DNA of 64,000 nucleotides from a virus. Made by a program: the position numbers and the translations under genes. A model generated the notes under the pieces. The model had not been told where the DNA came from, searched no databases, and saw only the letters and a program-made list of their open reading frames with translations. Where the stretch lies: positions 1-64,000 of the IMG/VR virus record IMGVR_UViG_3300032241_002083. One strand, 5' to 3'. This document shows, one piece after another, positions 39,783-48,916 of this stretch. Position 1 is the first letter of the stretch; each line of letters opens with the position of its first letter.

Positions 39783-40862
39783 ATGAAATGGACAGAACAG
39801 GAAATAAATTACCTTAAAGAAAATTACAAAAATGGCGATAAAGAAGAGATATTAAATAATTTAGACTCAAAGAATTGGAAATCTGTTAAATATATTGCTA
39901 AAAAATATAACTTAACAAGAGAAAGAAAAAATGATAATTGGAGCGAATGTGAAATAAAATATTTATCAGAAAATTATCAAAATGAAATAAAGGAAAAATT
40001 AGTAAAAAATTTACCTAAAAGAAATTGGACTTCTATTAAATTAATGGCTGGAAAATTGAATTTATATAGAACTAATGATTTTTATAGAAAATCTGACATG
40101 TATAGATTGATGGAAGATACAAACGAATCTTTTTACTGGATGGGATTTTTATCTGCTGATGGGCATTTTAATCAAAAAGATAAAAGAATTAATATTAATT
40201 TATCAGTAAAAGATAAAAAACATTTAATTAGGTTTTCTAATTTTGTTAATAATGTCAAGGTAATTATATCTGAAAATATTTGTTCTACATCTTTGCAAAA
40301 TATAGATGTGTTTGCTGAGTTATGTAAAAAGTTTGATTTAAAACACGACAAAACATATTTTCCACCTAATTTTGATGTTATAAACAAAGATAAAGAATTA
40401 TTCTTCTCTTATATAGTTGGATTTATAGACGGCGATGGTTACATAAATAAACTATACAAAAGAGAAGATTGCAATCTAGGAATACATTTACATAGTTCTT
40501 GGTTAAAGAATTTGATTTATATAGAAAATTTTCTATATAAATATTTCAATATTAGTAAAAATAAATTATCTTCTAAAATAGGCAATGATGGTTATGCTAG
40601 AATGACTATATCCGATAGTTCAATTTTGAGTAAAATAAAGAAAGAGGTCATAAGATTAGAATTACCTGTTTTAAACAGAAAATGGAATATAATAAATGAA
40701 AACCATATTTCTAGATATGAAGTTTCAAAAATTAACAAAGAAAGAGTAATTAAACTTTATTTAGAAGGACTAAATGGTGTAGAAATAATTAAACAAACTA
40801 AATTAAAAAAAGGAGTTGTATATTCATATATTAGAGATATAAAAAAAGAGGCTACAGCATAG
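39783..40862 (+). CDS. free-standing double-motif LAGLIDADG homing endonuclease with N-terminal W(T/S)E.E repeats
   Basis: YWMGFLSADG and YIVGFIDGDG; start reassigned to MKW after TAATATATA 39757. Confidence 0.85.
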   Translation: MKWTEQEINYLKENYKNGDKEEILNNLDSKNWKSVKYIAKKYNLTRERKNDNWSECEIKYLSENYQNEIKEKLVKNLPKRNWTSIKLMAGKLNLYRTNDFYRKSDMYRLMEDTNESFYWMGFLSADGHFNQKDKRININLSVKDKKHLIRFSNFVNNVKVIISENICSTSLQNIDVFAELCKKFDLKHDKTYFPPNFDVINKDKELFFSYIVGFIDGDGYINKLYKREDCNLGIHLHSSWLKNLIYIENFLYKYFNISKNKLSSKIGNDGYARMTISDSSILSKIKKEVIRLELPVLNRKWNIINENHISRYEVSKINKERVIKLYLEGLNGVEIIKQTKLKKGVVYSYIRDIKKEATA

Positions 40863-40872
40863 CCTCTTTTTT
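40843..40872. terminator. bidirectional intrinsic terminator
   Basis: aaaaaagaggcta-cagca-tagcctctttttt. Confidence 0.75.
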
Positions 40873-40877
40873 ATAAA

Positions 40878-41069
40878 AACGGTGGCAGGACTTGACCTGC
40901 ATGATGTGAGTTTAATTTCTCTTTTGTTTTTTTGAAGGAACATCCTTACGAATTCAACCCTGAATTGTTACACGGTAATTTTTATTTTACGTCTACAGGA
41001 TTTGTAACTTAGTTACTGACAACACATCTATAAGAGCTTCACTTTAGCGTCTAATTCCGCCACACCGTT
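40878..41069 (-). ncRNA. tRNA-like structured RNA with about 140-nt insert
   Basis: Acceptor stem AACGGTG/CACCGTT, Leu-type D-arm start TGGCGGAATTAGACGC, T arm GCAGG-TCAAGT-CCTGC, several internal hairpins. Confidence 0.65.
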
Positions 41070-41073
41070 TAAC

Positions 41074-42321
41074 TTAACTTAATTCTAAATCTTTTTTAAT
41101 TTCTACCAATCCGCCAGTTTTATCTGATAAATCAAAATTTTCTTTGATAAAATCAATTACTTCTTTTGGATTTATTGAATGGTGAAAAACTATATTTGGA
41201 CCATGATTATCTAACATTACAGCGGATAAATTATCAAATCTTTTTAAACCATTTGAAGTATTTTGACCACATTCATGACTGCCACATTCATATTCTCTTT
41301 GAGATACAACTGGAACTTTTGAACCTTCTTTAATAGGGCAGTGGAAATGAACGATACAATCGTAATCGTTATGCTCACTAAATATAATTCTCTGTGATTG
41401 ACCACCAACAGAAGGTTTAGCACCATAAGCAGTAACCGTATCTTCTGTATCAGTAATAACTCTAACTAAACCATTTTTGTCTAAATCATTAAAGTTAGAT
41501 TTTCTGATAGAAGTTAAAAATTCTTTTTCACCAATCTTACAAGCAAAATGCCCTACGGTTGCTCCATTAAATGGTTTATAAGCAGATTGCTCTATGCAGA
41601 AATTAACAACCTCTCTTAAAGATGGAAAAACCATATCAGAGTTCCAATCAACAGGTGTGCCTTCGACAACGGTTGCATGTGTAAATGAAAGATGACTTCT
41701 GTAATAAGTCATATCTACTAGCTGTTTAAGTGCTTCATCTCTATCAGTAGTTACATGGTATTTGGCTTCTTCGGGTGTAATAATCATATTAACTCTTGTG
41801 ATAACATCATTAGATAAAACTAAATTACAAGAATTTTTCTTCATTAAATTAAGTCCTGATAAATATTGCTCTTGTTCAGTAGCACCGGAAGTTGTTTTAA
41901 AAGCAACTAAGAATATATCTTTTCTACCTTCTCTTATTTGTTTAATTACTTTATTTTTAGGTGTTAATTTTAATAAATATTCTTTTTTAGATGATAATCT
42001 TTCAGAATATTTTCCAGATTTTATATTTTCTATATTACCATCAAAATCAGTCATGCCTACATTAAAGAATACAACTTTTGTATTAAAATCTTCTTTTAAT
42101 CCTAAAACATGTTTTTCAACATCTTCGTTAGTGGTGAGATTTGAATTAGAATCAGCCATTTTAGTTAGATGTAAATTAACATCCATGTTGTCAAATCTTT
42201 CTTTACATAAGATTTCTAACTTTTTGGCAGTTTCGCCAAAAGCGGGCATAGATAATGCTAAATGTGTGCGAACATAAGAAAATGTTCCACCGCCGTATAT
42301 ATGTATTTGTTTCTTAAACAT
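41074..42321 (-). CDS. CoaB/DFP-like domain fused to class II aldolase/adducin-like domain
   Basis: GGGT...VR, VGMTDF, LVAFKTT, LVLSND; then KPS, CIVHFH, MLDNHG. Start reassigned to MFKKQ. Confidence 0.6.
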   Translation of the reverse strand: MFKKQIHIYGGGTFSYVRTHLALSMPAFGETAKKLEILCKERFDNMDVNLHLTKMADSNSNLTTNEDVEKHVLGLKEDFNTKVVFFNVGMTDFDGNIENIKSGKYSERLSSKKEYLLKLTPKNKVIKQIREGRKDIFLVAFKTTSGATEQEQYLSGLNLMKKNSCNLVLSNDVITRVNMIITPEEAKYHVTTDRDEALKQLVDMTYYRSHLSFTHATVVEGTPVDWNSDMVFPSLREVVNFCIEQSAYKPFNGATVGHFACKIGEKEFLTSIRKSNFNDLDKNGLVRVITDTEDTVTAYGAKPSVGGQSQRIIFSEHNDYDCIVHFHCPIKEGSKVPVVSQREYECGSHECGQNTSNGLKRFDNLSAVMLDNHGPNIVFHHSINPKEVIDFIKENFDLSDKTGGLVEIKKDLELS

Positions 42322-42403
42322 AAAAATTATTTTTGTAAAAATACTAAAAATTGTTAAAGAAAACAAATTTTTTTTTACATATAGTTATTTAATATATAAT
42401 TTT

Positions 42404-42814
42404 ATGAAATATTTGAAATCTTTTAATAAATTTGAATCAGTCGGATTTGGTGATAATGTAAGTGGTATAGGTTCTGATGAAGGCACTTTTGATCATAGTA
42501 ATAATCCAGTTTTAAAACAACAAGTAGAAAGATATGTAGATTCTATGTTAAAATCAGAAATTACTGTTTTATGTAAGAAAATAGGTATAGAACCGCCAAA
42601 AGATTTAGAAGCAGCACAAATGGATGATTTTGAATCAAAAGTAAGAGAAAAAGCAATCAAATTTTTTATGAAAAATCCCGCTCATATGGATGCTGATGAT
42701 GACAAAAAGATAAAGAAAGATGTTAAATTTACCATGTATGATACTGATAGAGTGCCTTTGACGAATAATATAGGCGGAACTTCTTTTGCTAACTCTATTC
42801 AAGTTGGACAATGA
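42404..42814 (+). CDS. hypothetical protein with MKYLKSFNKFE leader
   Basis: Leader motif; TAATATATA at 42390. Confidence 0.7.
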   Translation: MKYLKSFNKFESVGFGDNVSGIGSDEGTFDHSNNPVLKQQVERYVDSMLKSEITVLCKKIGIEPPKDLEAAQMDDFESKVREKAIKFFMKNPAHMDADDDKKIKKDVKFTMYDTDRVPLTNNIGGTSFANSIQVGQ

Positions 42815-43861
42815 TCAAAAATAATTATTTAATATTTCTTCTATTTTGTCTATTTCTGTATATTTTATTCGGATTAAATTTATGTAATTATCTTCACAAA
42901 AATTATTTTTTATATTATCATTTATTTTTAATTTTTCAAAAGCTTTTAATCCGCCAAAAAAAGTTAAAGGTTCGAAATGTTGTTTCCCATCGAATTCTAT
43001 ACAAATTCTTTTGGATGGAATATAAAAGTCAAATGGTAATTCGTAAATATTTTTACAATTTGTAAATTTTTTTTGTCTATCAAAGTTTATTTTATTCTTT
43101 TTGAGAAAAGAAGCAATTTTTTTTTCACCTTTAGATTCATTGCATGACGGACATCCCATTCCTTGAATATGTGATAATGGACGTTGAAGAAAATCTCCGT
43201 GTTCTGGACAGGTTATAATAATTTTTGATTGATTTTTAATATAATTTGTTTTATCATATGAATATTTGAAGTCATGTATTTGGTTAGATTCGTTTATAAA
43301 TTGTTTATTTGTTTTTTTAATTGATAAAATTTGTTTTTCTGGACAATTTCCGCTTAAATGGTTATATGGCTTTTGTAAATATATTATTCCTTTGTATTTT
43401 ATTTGCACTGGTGTTTCGCCATTAATTATTTTTTTTATCAGACTATAATCATATTTATTTTCACCATGTATTTTTTTTGATTTATTTATAAAATTTTCAA
43501 GAGTTAGTGCTTTTTCAACACAAAATCCTTGCAGATGAGAAGAAGGTGTTTGTTCGAATATAATCCCTTCATATATTATTTTTATTTTTTTATTTGCTCC
43601 TTTATATTCCGTCATTGAGTAATCATATTTGTTATTCCATATTTTTTTTGCTTCTTTTATGAAATCTTTGGTGGTTTTAGTAGGTGTATTTTTTTCGGGA
43701 CATCTTCCCATTAGATGCTTACACACCTTTTGTGTGTAAGCTATTCCGTCATACATCATAGTTATATTATCGGATGATAGTATTTTTTCGGATAAATCTA
43801 AGTATAAATATTTATTTTTATGTTTTTCGAAAGCTTTATTTAAAAATTCTTGTTTTGTCAT
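42815..43861 (-). CDS. homing-endonuclease-like protein: DUF723-type repeats plus PD-(D/E)XK/Vsr-like nuclease
   Basis: FI..AK..H..KYDYS repeats, CPEHG, CPSC, ESKGE, LPFDFY..CIEFDGKQH. Confidence 0.8.
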   Translation of the reverse strand: MTKQEFLNKAFEKHKNKYLYLDLSEKILSSDNITMMYDGIAYTQKVCKHLMGRCPEKNTPTKTTKDFIKEAKKIWNNKYDYSMTEYKGANKKIKIIYEGIIFEQTPSSHLQGFCVEKALTLENFINKSKKIHGENKYDYSLIKKIINGETPVQIKYKGIIYLQKPYNHLSGNCPEKQILSIKKTNKQFINESNQIHDFKYSYDKTNYIKNQSKIIITCPEHGDFLQRPLSHIQGMGCPSCNESKGEKKIASFLKKNKINFDRQKKFTNCKNIYELPFDFYIPSKRICIEFDGKQHFEPLTFFGGLKAFEKLKINDNIKNNFCEDNYINLIRIKYTEIDKIEEILNNYF

Positions 43862-43865
43862 ATCG

Positions 43866-43955
43866 TATATATAAAATTGTTTAAATCCCCCCTTTAACTT
43901 TTATTGTGGTATTTTAAAATAAATCAAAGGGGGGATTTAAACAATTTTATATATA
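43866..43955. repeat. 30-bp perfect inverted repeat, 30-nt spacer
   Basis: tatatataaaattgtttaaatccccccttt (43866-43895) / aaaggggggatttaaacaattttatatata (43926-43955). Confidence 0.9.
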
Positions 43956-43980
43956 ATTATATAAAAATAAAAATTAAATT

Positions 43981-45204
43981 ATGGCAAAAGCAAATAGTAA
44001 AAAATTTGAGTTTAGTAAAGTAGGAGATTTATTAGATAAAATATCAGAAAAAGTTCCTATTTTTATAGATAAAAAAGAAAGACCTAGAAAGTATATTTCT
44101 ACTGGCAGTTATATATTAAATGCTGCAATAAGTGGATCACTATTTGGTGGTATAGGAGATATGGGAATTCAGGTATTTGCTGGTCCTGAAGCTAGTGGGA
44201 AAACATTTCTCGCTCTCAACACAATTAGAGAGGCTCAAAAACTTGGTTATTGCGTTATATATATTGATACTGAATATGCAATTAATCGTTCTGAATTACC
44301 AAAATATGGTATAGATAATGATCCTAATAAATTTATAATTATAAGAGGTAATCAAGTAGAGGAATTAAATATGGCTGTTACGCAATTAATTGACCAATTA
44401 AAAACAGCTAAAATGGATGGGTTTGATATGCCATTACAGATATGGGCTTTAGATTCTTTAGCTCAATTGTCATCTAAGAAAATGAAAGAAGATCTAATTG
44501 CCGGTAATATGAAGACAGATATGTCTAAGGCTAAGGCGATAGGTTCATTATTTGTTTCTATAACAGCTGATTTGAGTTTTTTAGAAATTCCATTGATTGT
44601 GAATAATCAAACATATGAAACGATGGATTTATTTAGTCAAACTATAATGAAAGGTGGTAAACAATTATACTATTCAGCTAATAACATAACATTTTTAACT
44701 AAAGCTAAATTAAAAGATGATATAGATGATATGGATTTAGGACAATCTGGTATTGTAGTTACTGCTAAATGTGTAAAAAATAGACTTGCAAAACCTAAAA
44801 AAGTGCAATTTGAAATTTCATTCGAAAAGGGAATGAACCCCTACAAAGGATTAGAAAATTTCTGTCGTGCTGAATATTTTGATAAAATTGGAATAGCACA
44901 AGGTAAAATGGAAGTTGATAAAAAAACAGGTGAAATGAAATTTACAGCAGGTGCCGGTAATAGATGGTATGTGAGTCATTTGGATAAATCAATGACACTT
45001 AAACAATTATTTACAAAAGAAGTTTTTACATCAGAAATCCTCAACAAGATGGAACCAATTGTAAATAATTATTTTAGGTATAAATCAATAGAAGAAGCTG
45101 AGGCAGTTGAAAAACAATTTGAATCTCTAATAGAAGGTGAGGAAGATGAAGACGGCTTTACAAATTCATCTGATGTTGATGCAGAAGATTTTTTTGGAAA
45201 ATAA
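43981..45204 (+). CDS. uvsX: RecA/UvsX-like recombinase
   Basis: ISTGSYILNAAISG, AGPEASGKT, YIDTE, LDS, NNQTY, GGKQLYYSA, KNR. Confidence 0.9.
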   Translation: MAKANSKKFEFSKVGDLLDKISEKVPIFIDKKERPRKYISTGSYILNAAISGSLFGGIGDMGIQVFAGPEASGKTFLALNTIREAQKLGYCVIYIDTEYAINRSELPKYGIDNDPNKFIIIRGNQVEELNMAVTQLIDQLKTAKMDGFDMPLQIWALDSLAQLSSKKMKEDLIAGNMKTDMSKAKAIGSLFVSITADLSFLEIPLIVNNQTYETMDLFSQTIMKGGKQLYYSANNITFLTKAKLKDDIDDMDLGQSGIVVTAKCVKNRLAKPKKVQFEISFEKGMNPYKGLENFCRAEYFDKIGIAQGKMEVDKKTGEMKFTAGAGNRWYVSHLDKSMTLKQLFTKEVFTSEILNKMEPIVNNYFRYKSIEEAEAVEKQFESLIEGEEDEDGFTNSSDVDAEDFFGK

Positions 45205-45335
45205 TAAATGATTATGAGAATATTAGCACCGCAGAAAGATGTGAAAATTATATCGGGTCATAAATGGTATAAAAGAATCTGGATATGGATTTCAAATCCA
45301 TTTACTTATATCTTTCTTGGATATATTAGATATTA

Positions 45336-45362
45336 AAAAAGCGGCTTTAAGCCGCTTTTTTA
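45336..45362. terminator. bidirectional intrinsic terminator
   Basis: aaaaagcggctttaagccgctttttt. Confidence 0.85.
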
Positions 45363-45668
45363 TTTTAAAATTTCATCAATTTGCATATCTCTCCATTTAC
45401 ATAAAGGCGTGAAATGCTCATTAAATTCGTTTTCGGTTAATGGACACATGGTGAAATTTTCAACTTTTATGCCAACTTCAATCCAATTATCATATCCTTT
45501 ATCATCTGGACCATCATATCTCACCCCATTTCCTACAACTTTACAAAATTCTCCGTTATTTAACTCTCCAAAAATATTTTCTACTTCAGTAAGTATTTGT
45601 CCAATATAAAATATTTTTGTTTTATTATCTTTAAGAGAATAATAATCAGCAATACATATATATTTCAT
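45360..45668 (-). CDS. hypothetical protein ending WRDMQIDEILK
   Basis: ORF track; C-terminal tag. Confidence 0.65.
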   Translation of the reverse strand: MKYICIADYYSLKDNKTKIFYIGQILTEVENIFGELNNGEFCKVVGNGVRYDGPDDKGYDNWIEVGIKVENFTMCPLTENEFNEHFTPLCKWRDMQIDEILK

Positions 45669-46078
45669 TAAAGCAATTTTAAATGACCAGTAATCTTATC
45701 AATTTTTTCTGAATAGTGTGGTCCAATGGCAAGACAAGTTTTAGTTTTTACACCATTAAACTCTGTTAAACCATTATCAACTATCATATGAACGGTCAAA
45801 CCGGCTTCTTCTGCCTTTCTATAGATTTCGTCTAACTCTTCTTCTGATTTAACACCAACACAGATTTTAGTAAAAGAATTTCCCATCCAATCTTCTGCTT
45901 CTTTAAGATTAGTCATTCTTTCGTTATGAAATGCTCTGTTATCTTCTAAAGAAGATTGATAAAATCCGCCATTTCTTGTTAAGAAAGCCATAGAAGCATG
46001 ACTTGCTTGTGCACACATTTTGCCTTTACGCATATTTAAGTCAGTTCGCATGACTATTACTTGTTTTGTGTTTGCCAT
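45668..46078 (-). CDS. pth2: peptidyl-tRNA hydrolase, Pth2 family
   Basis: KQVIVMRTDLNMRKGKMCAQASHAS, KICVGV, IVDNGLTEF, TCLAIGP, IDKITGHLKLL. Confidence 0.95.
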   Translation of the reverse strand: MANTKQVIVMRTDLNMRKGKMCAQASHASMAFLTRNGGFYQSSLEDNRAFHNERMTNLKEAEDWMGNSFTKICVGVKSEEELDEIYRKAEEAGLTVHMIVDNGLTEFNGVKTKTCLAIGPHYSEKIDKITGHLKLL

Positions 46079-46079
46079 A

Positions 46080-46787
46080 TTATATACAATATAAAATTGT
46101 TGGTGAATCTTTTTTGATTTCTATATTTGGATACTTTTTAGTAAAAAGATTTGGATTAAATCCAATTGTAATGATATGATGACCATTTTTAGTTGGAATT
46201 ACACCTATTACTTTTGTAATTGTTTCTAAATAAGATTTCACTTCATCTAATTTAGAATTATCATCAATATCTATAATCCATTTTTTTACTGGATCAGAAG
46301 TAAATTGTCCCGCAGCAGATAAAACTTGATATCTAATCACGCTATTATACCAATCACAATCCATTAAACAATCGCTTATCATACGAAGAATATAGAATTT
46401 CTTTTCAGTTTCCGAAACAAAGTTTTCATTAATTTTATTATTTAAATAATAAAATTTAAGCGGTTCTTCGTATTTTTGGTTAATTGAATTTATTAATTCA
46501 TCAGTAGAGATTTTAAATGCCTGTAAGGAAACTTTATCTTCATTTCTTTTATTTAAACGAATATAGGCTCTTGCATTATGTTCCTGACATAAATTAATAA
46601 TTTGGTGTTTGTAATTGTCTAAATCTTTATCGTCAATAATAAAGAAATTATCAATTAAAGAAACATCCTTTTTTAAGTCTGGATTTTCTTTTCTTCTCTT
46701 GAGTATTTGTAGAAAAAAGAAATCACCTTTATTCAAAGTATAATTTTCTTTTATTAGTTTTTTTATTAATTCAAAATTATCAGTCAT
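46080..46787 (-). CDS. phage hypothetical protein
   Basis: QILKRRKEN, NARAYI, WIIDID, PTKNGHHIIT. Confidence 0.65.
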   Translation of the reverse strand: MTDNFELIKKLIKENYTLNKGDFFFLQILKRRKENPDLKKDVSLIDNFFIIDDKDLDNYKHQIINLCQEHNARAYIRLNKRNEDKVSLQAFKISTDELINSINQKYEEPLKFYYLNNKINENFVSETEKKFYILRMISDCLMDCDWYNSVIRYQVLSAAGQFTSDPVKKWIIDIDDNSKLDEVKSYLETITKVIGVIPTKNGHHIITIGFNPNLFTKKYPNIEIKKDSPTILYCI

Positions 46788-46837
46788 AGATACAAAATTA
46801 AAGTGTAAAGATACGATTTTATTTTGAATTTTTAAAA

Positions 46838-47479
46838 TTATTTTCTTATATCATTATTTTTTTTATCAAAAGTTGTATTATTAGATAATTTAATATTAAA
46901 CGGATGAAAAGCACATATTTGATGTGCGCCATCAAAATATCCATCAAATCCATCTATTATTGCCATATCAGTGCTATCATTGCCTGTCATAAAAGACACC
47001 CACCATGTGGATTTTAAATTAGATAATTTGTTTTTTAAATAGATTTCATCATATTTATTTTTATATTTATCTTCTATAAATTTAATTGATTTATCAGATG
47101 GAGTATGATTAAATCCCCATTTGTGTATTAGTGGATTTCTTATATTTAAGAAACATTCATAAATATATCCATTACCATTGTTTGCATAATAAATTACATC
47201 TTGTTTATTATCGGCAAAATAAAATCCAGCAAAATTATTCGTTCTTTCTTTTTTTTCAGCATTTATATTAAATTCATTAAATAAGTTGTATGAACCATGA
47301 TACATAATTTTTGGTTCGCCATTTTCATCTAATACTTTTGAGCCTTCGTTTTTTTCCCAATCACCAAACCAATTTTTAAATTCTGGTGTTCGAACTATAT
47401 GCCATTGTGTTTTATTTAAATTAGAAATATTACCATTTGGTGCTAAATTATGGTTTTCAAAAAGTCTAATATATTTCAT
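46838..47479 (-). CDS. ADP-ribosyltransferase-like (polyvalent-protein ART) with MKYIRLFE leader
   Basis: [45 protein letters not shown]. Confidence 0.6.
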   Translation of the reverse strand: MKYIRLFENHNLAPNGNISNLNKTQWHIVRTPEFKNWFGDWEKNEGSKVLDENGEPKIMYHGSYNLFNEFNINAEKKERTNNFAGFYFADNKQDVIYYANNGNGYIYECFLNIRNPLIHKWGFNHTPSDKSIKFIEDKYKNKYDEIYLKNKLSNLKSTWWVSFMTGNDSTDMAIIDGFDGYFDGAHQICAFHPFNIKLSNNTTFDKKNNDIRK

Positions 47480-47510
47480 AAACTATATATTAATAAAACA
47501 TATAAATATT

Positions 47511-48440
47511 ATGGAATTAAATGCTAAAATTTATTTAGCCGGACATAATGGACTTGTTGGTTCAGCCATCGTAAGAAAATTAAAAGAATTGGGTTATACT
47601 AACATATTAACTAATTCTTCTAAAGAATTAGATTTAAGATTACAGACATCAGTATATAATTGGTTTTCTGAAAATAAGCCTGAATATGTATTTTTAGCAG
47701 CAGCTAAAGTTGGTGGTATAAAATCAAACTCCTTATATAAAGGAGATTTTATATATGATAATTTAATGATTCAAACCAACATAATTAATGCTGCAAAAGT
47801 AAATAATGTTAAAAAGCTTTTATTTTTAGGTTCGTCTTGTATTTATCCTAAAATGTGTCCTCAACCTATTAAAGAAGAATAATTATTATCAGGTTATTTA
47901 GAAGATTCAAATGATGCTTATGCTATTGCTAAAATTGCTGGTATTAAAATGTGTCAAAGTTATAATAAGCAATATAGCACTAATTTTATTTCAGTTATGC
48001 CAACTAATTTATATGGCATAGGTGATAATTACCATCCTGAAAACTCGCATGTAATTCCTGGATTAATTAGAAGATTTAATGATGCTAAAATTGCTAATCA
48101 AAAAGATGTTATTTGTTGGGGTGATGGAACACCTAAGAGGGAATTTTTATTTTCAGATGATTTAGCAGATGCTTGTATTTGGTTGATGAATAATTATAAT
48201 GATTCTGAAATAGTAAATATAGGAACAAGTAAAGATATGACTATAAAAGAATTAACAGAAATAATTAAAAATATAGTTTATCCAGAAGCAAATATAGTAT
48301 TTAATAATGATTTGAAGTTAAATGGCACACCAAGAAAAGTATTAGATACAACAAAAATAAACACCCTCGGATGGTATCCGAAGGTGTCATTTGAAGATGG
48401 AATAAAACAGGCTTATAATGACTTTTTGAGTCAAAATTAA
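47511..48440 (+). pseudogene. fcl: GDP-L-fucose synthase with a single in-frame TAA (47880-47882)
   Basis: [35 protein letters not shown] (TAT expected), YAIAK, SVMPTNLYG, WGDGTPKREFL. Confidence 0.9.
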
Positions 48441-48655
48441 TTAGGAAAACTATTGATAAAACGAGGCCAATATAAAATTAACATAATAACAATTATTTTT
48501 TTAACTTTATTGAAATCTTTTTCTTCAAAAACTTCATCTTCGTCAATTTCCATTACTTTTTCTATAAAAAGAGGTATTAGTTTAATATTTTTGAATACAA
48601 AAATAAAGCCTATTGCTATATAGCAATATATAATCCATAGTATAAATAAAATCAT
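48437..48655 (-). CDS. small membrane protein
   Basis: Hydrophobic N-terminus and C-terminal YWP. Confidence 0.55.
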   Translation of the reverse strand: MILFILWIIYCYIAIGFIFVFKNIKLIPLFIEKVMEIDEDEVFEEKDFNKVKKIIVIMLILYWPRFINSFPN

Positions 48656-48697
48656 ATAAAATTTAATTGATTACAAATAATGCATTTAATTGCTTCT

Positions 48698-48916
48698 TTA
48701 CCTTTTTCTTGATTTAGAGTAATCATTTGCCAAGTGACTTCGCCACAAAATGTTTTCATCCAAAAATAGGTATTTTCCATCATAAGGTATTTTATATAAA
48801 TTATCCCAATTTTTAAGAATTGTATTTCCGATCAATTCTGGTGTAATATACACAACCTTATTTGTATCACCCTTTCCGTGACCATATTCTCCATCTATTT
48901 TAAGAAAATTTTTCAT
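48698..48916 (-). CDS. hypothetical protein
   Basis: Likely start MKNFLKIDG overlapping the upstream gene end. Confidence 0.5.
   Translation of the reverse strand: MKNFLKIDGEYGHGKGDTNKVVYITPELIGNTILKNWDNLYKIPYDGKYLFLDENILWRSHLANDYSKSRKR

Noticed and set aside
39750-40862. Intron-encoded LAGLIDADG
   Set aside because: Flanking genes are intact and on the opposite strand; it has its own promoter and terminator.
40878-41069. tmRNA or tRNA-Leu with a group I intron
   Set aside because: Too short, no Ala acceptor identity (G3-U70), no tag ORF, and no recognisable group I core.
45208-45335. About 40-aa ORF after recA (MRILAPQK...)
   Set aside because: Plausible, but too short to support without homology.
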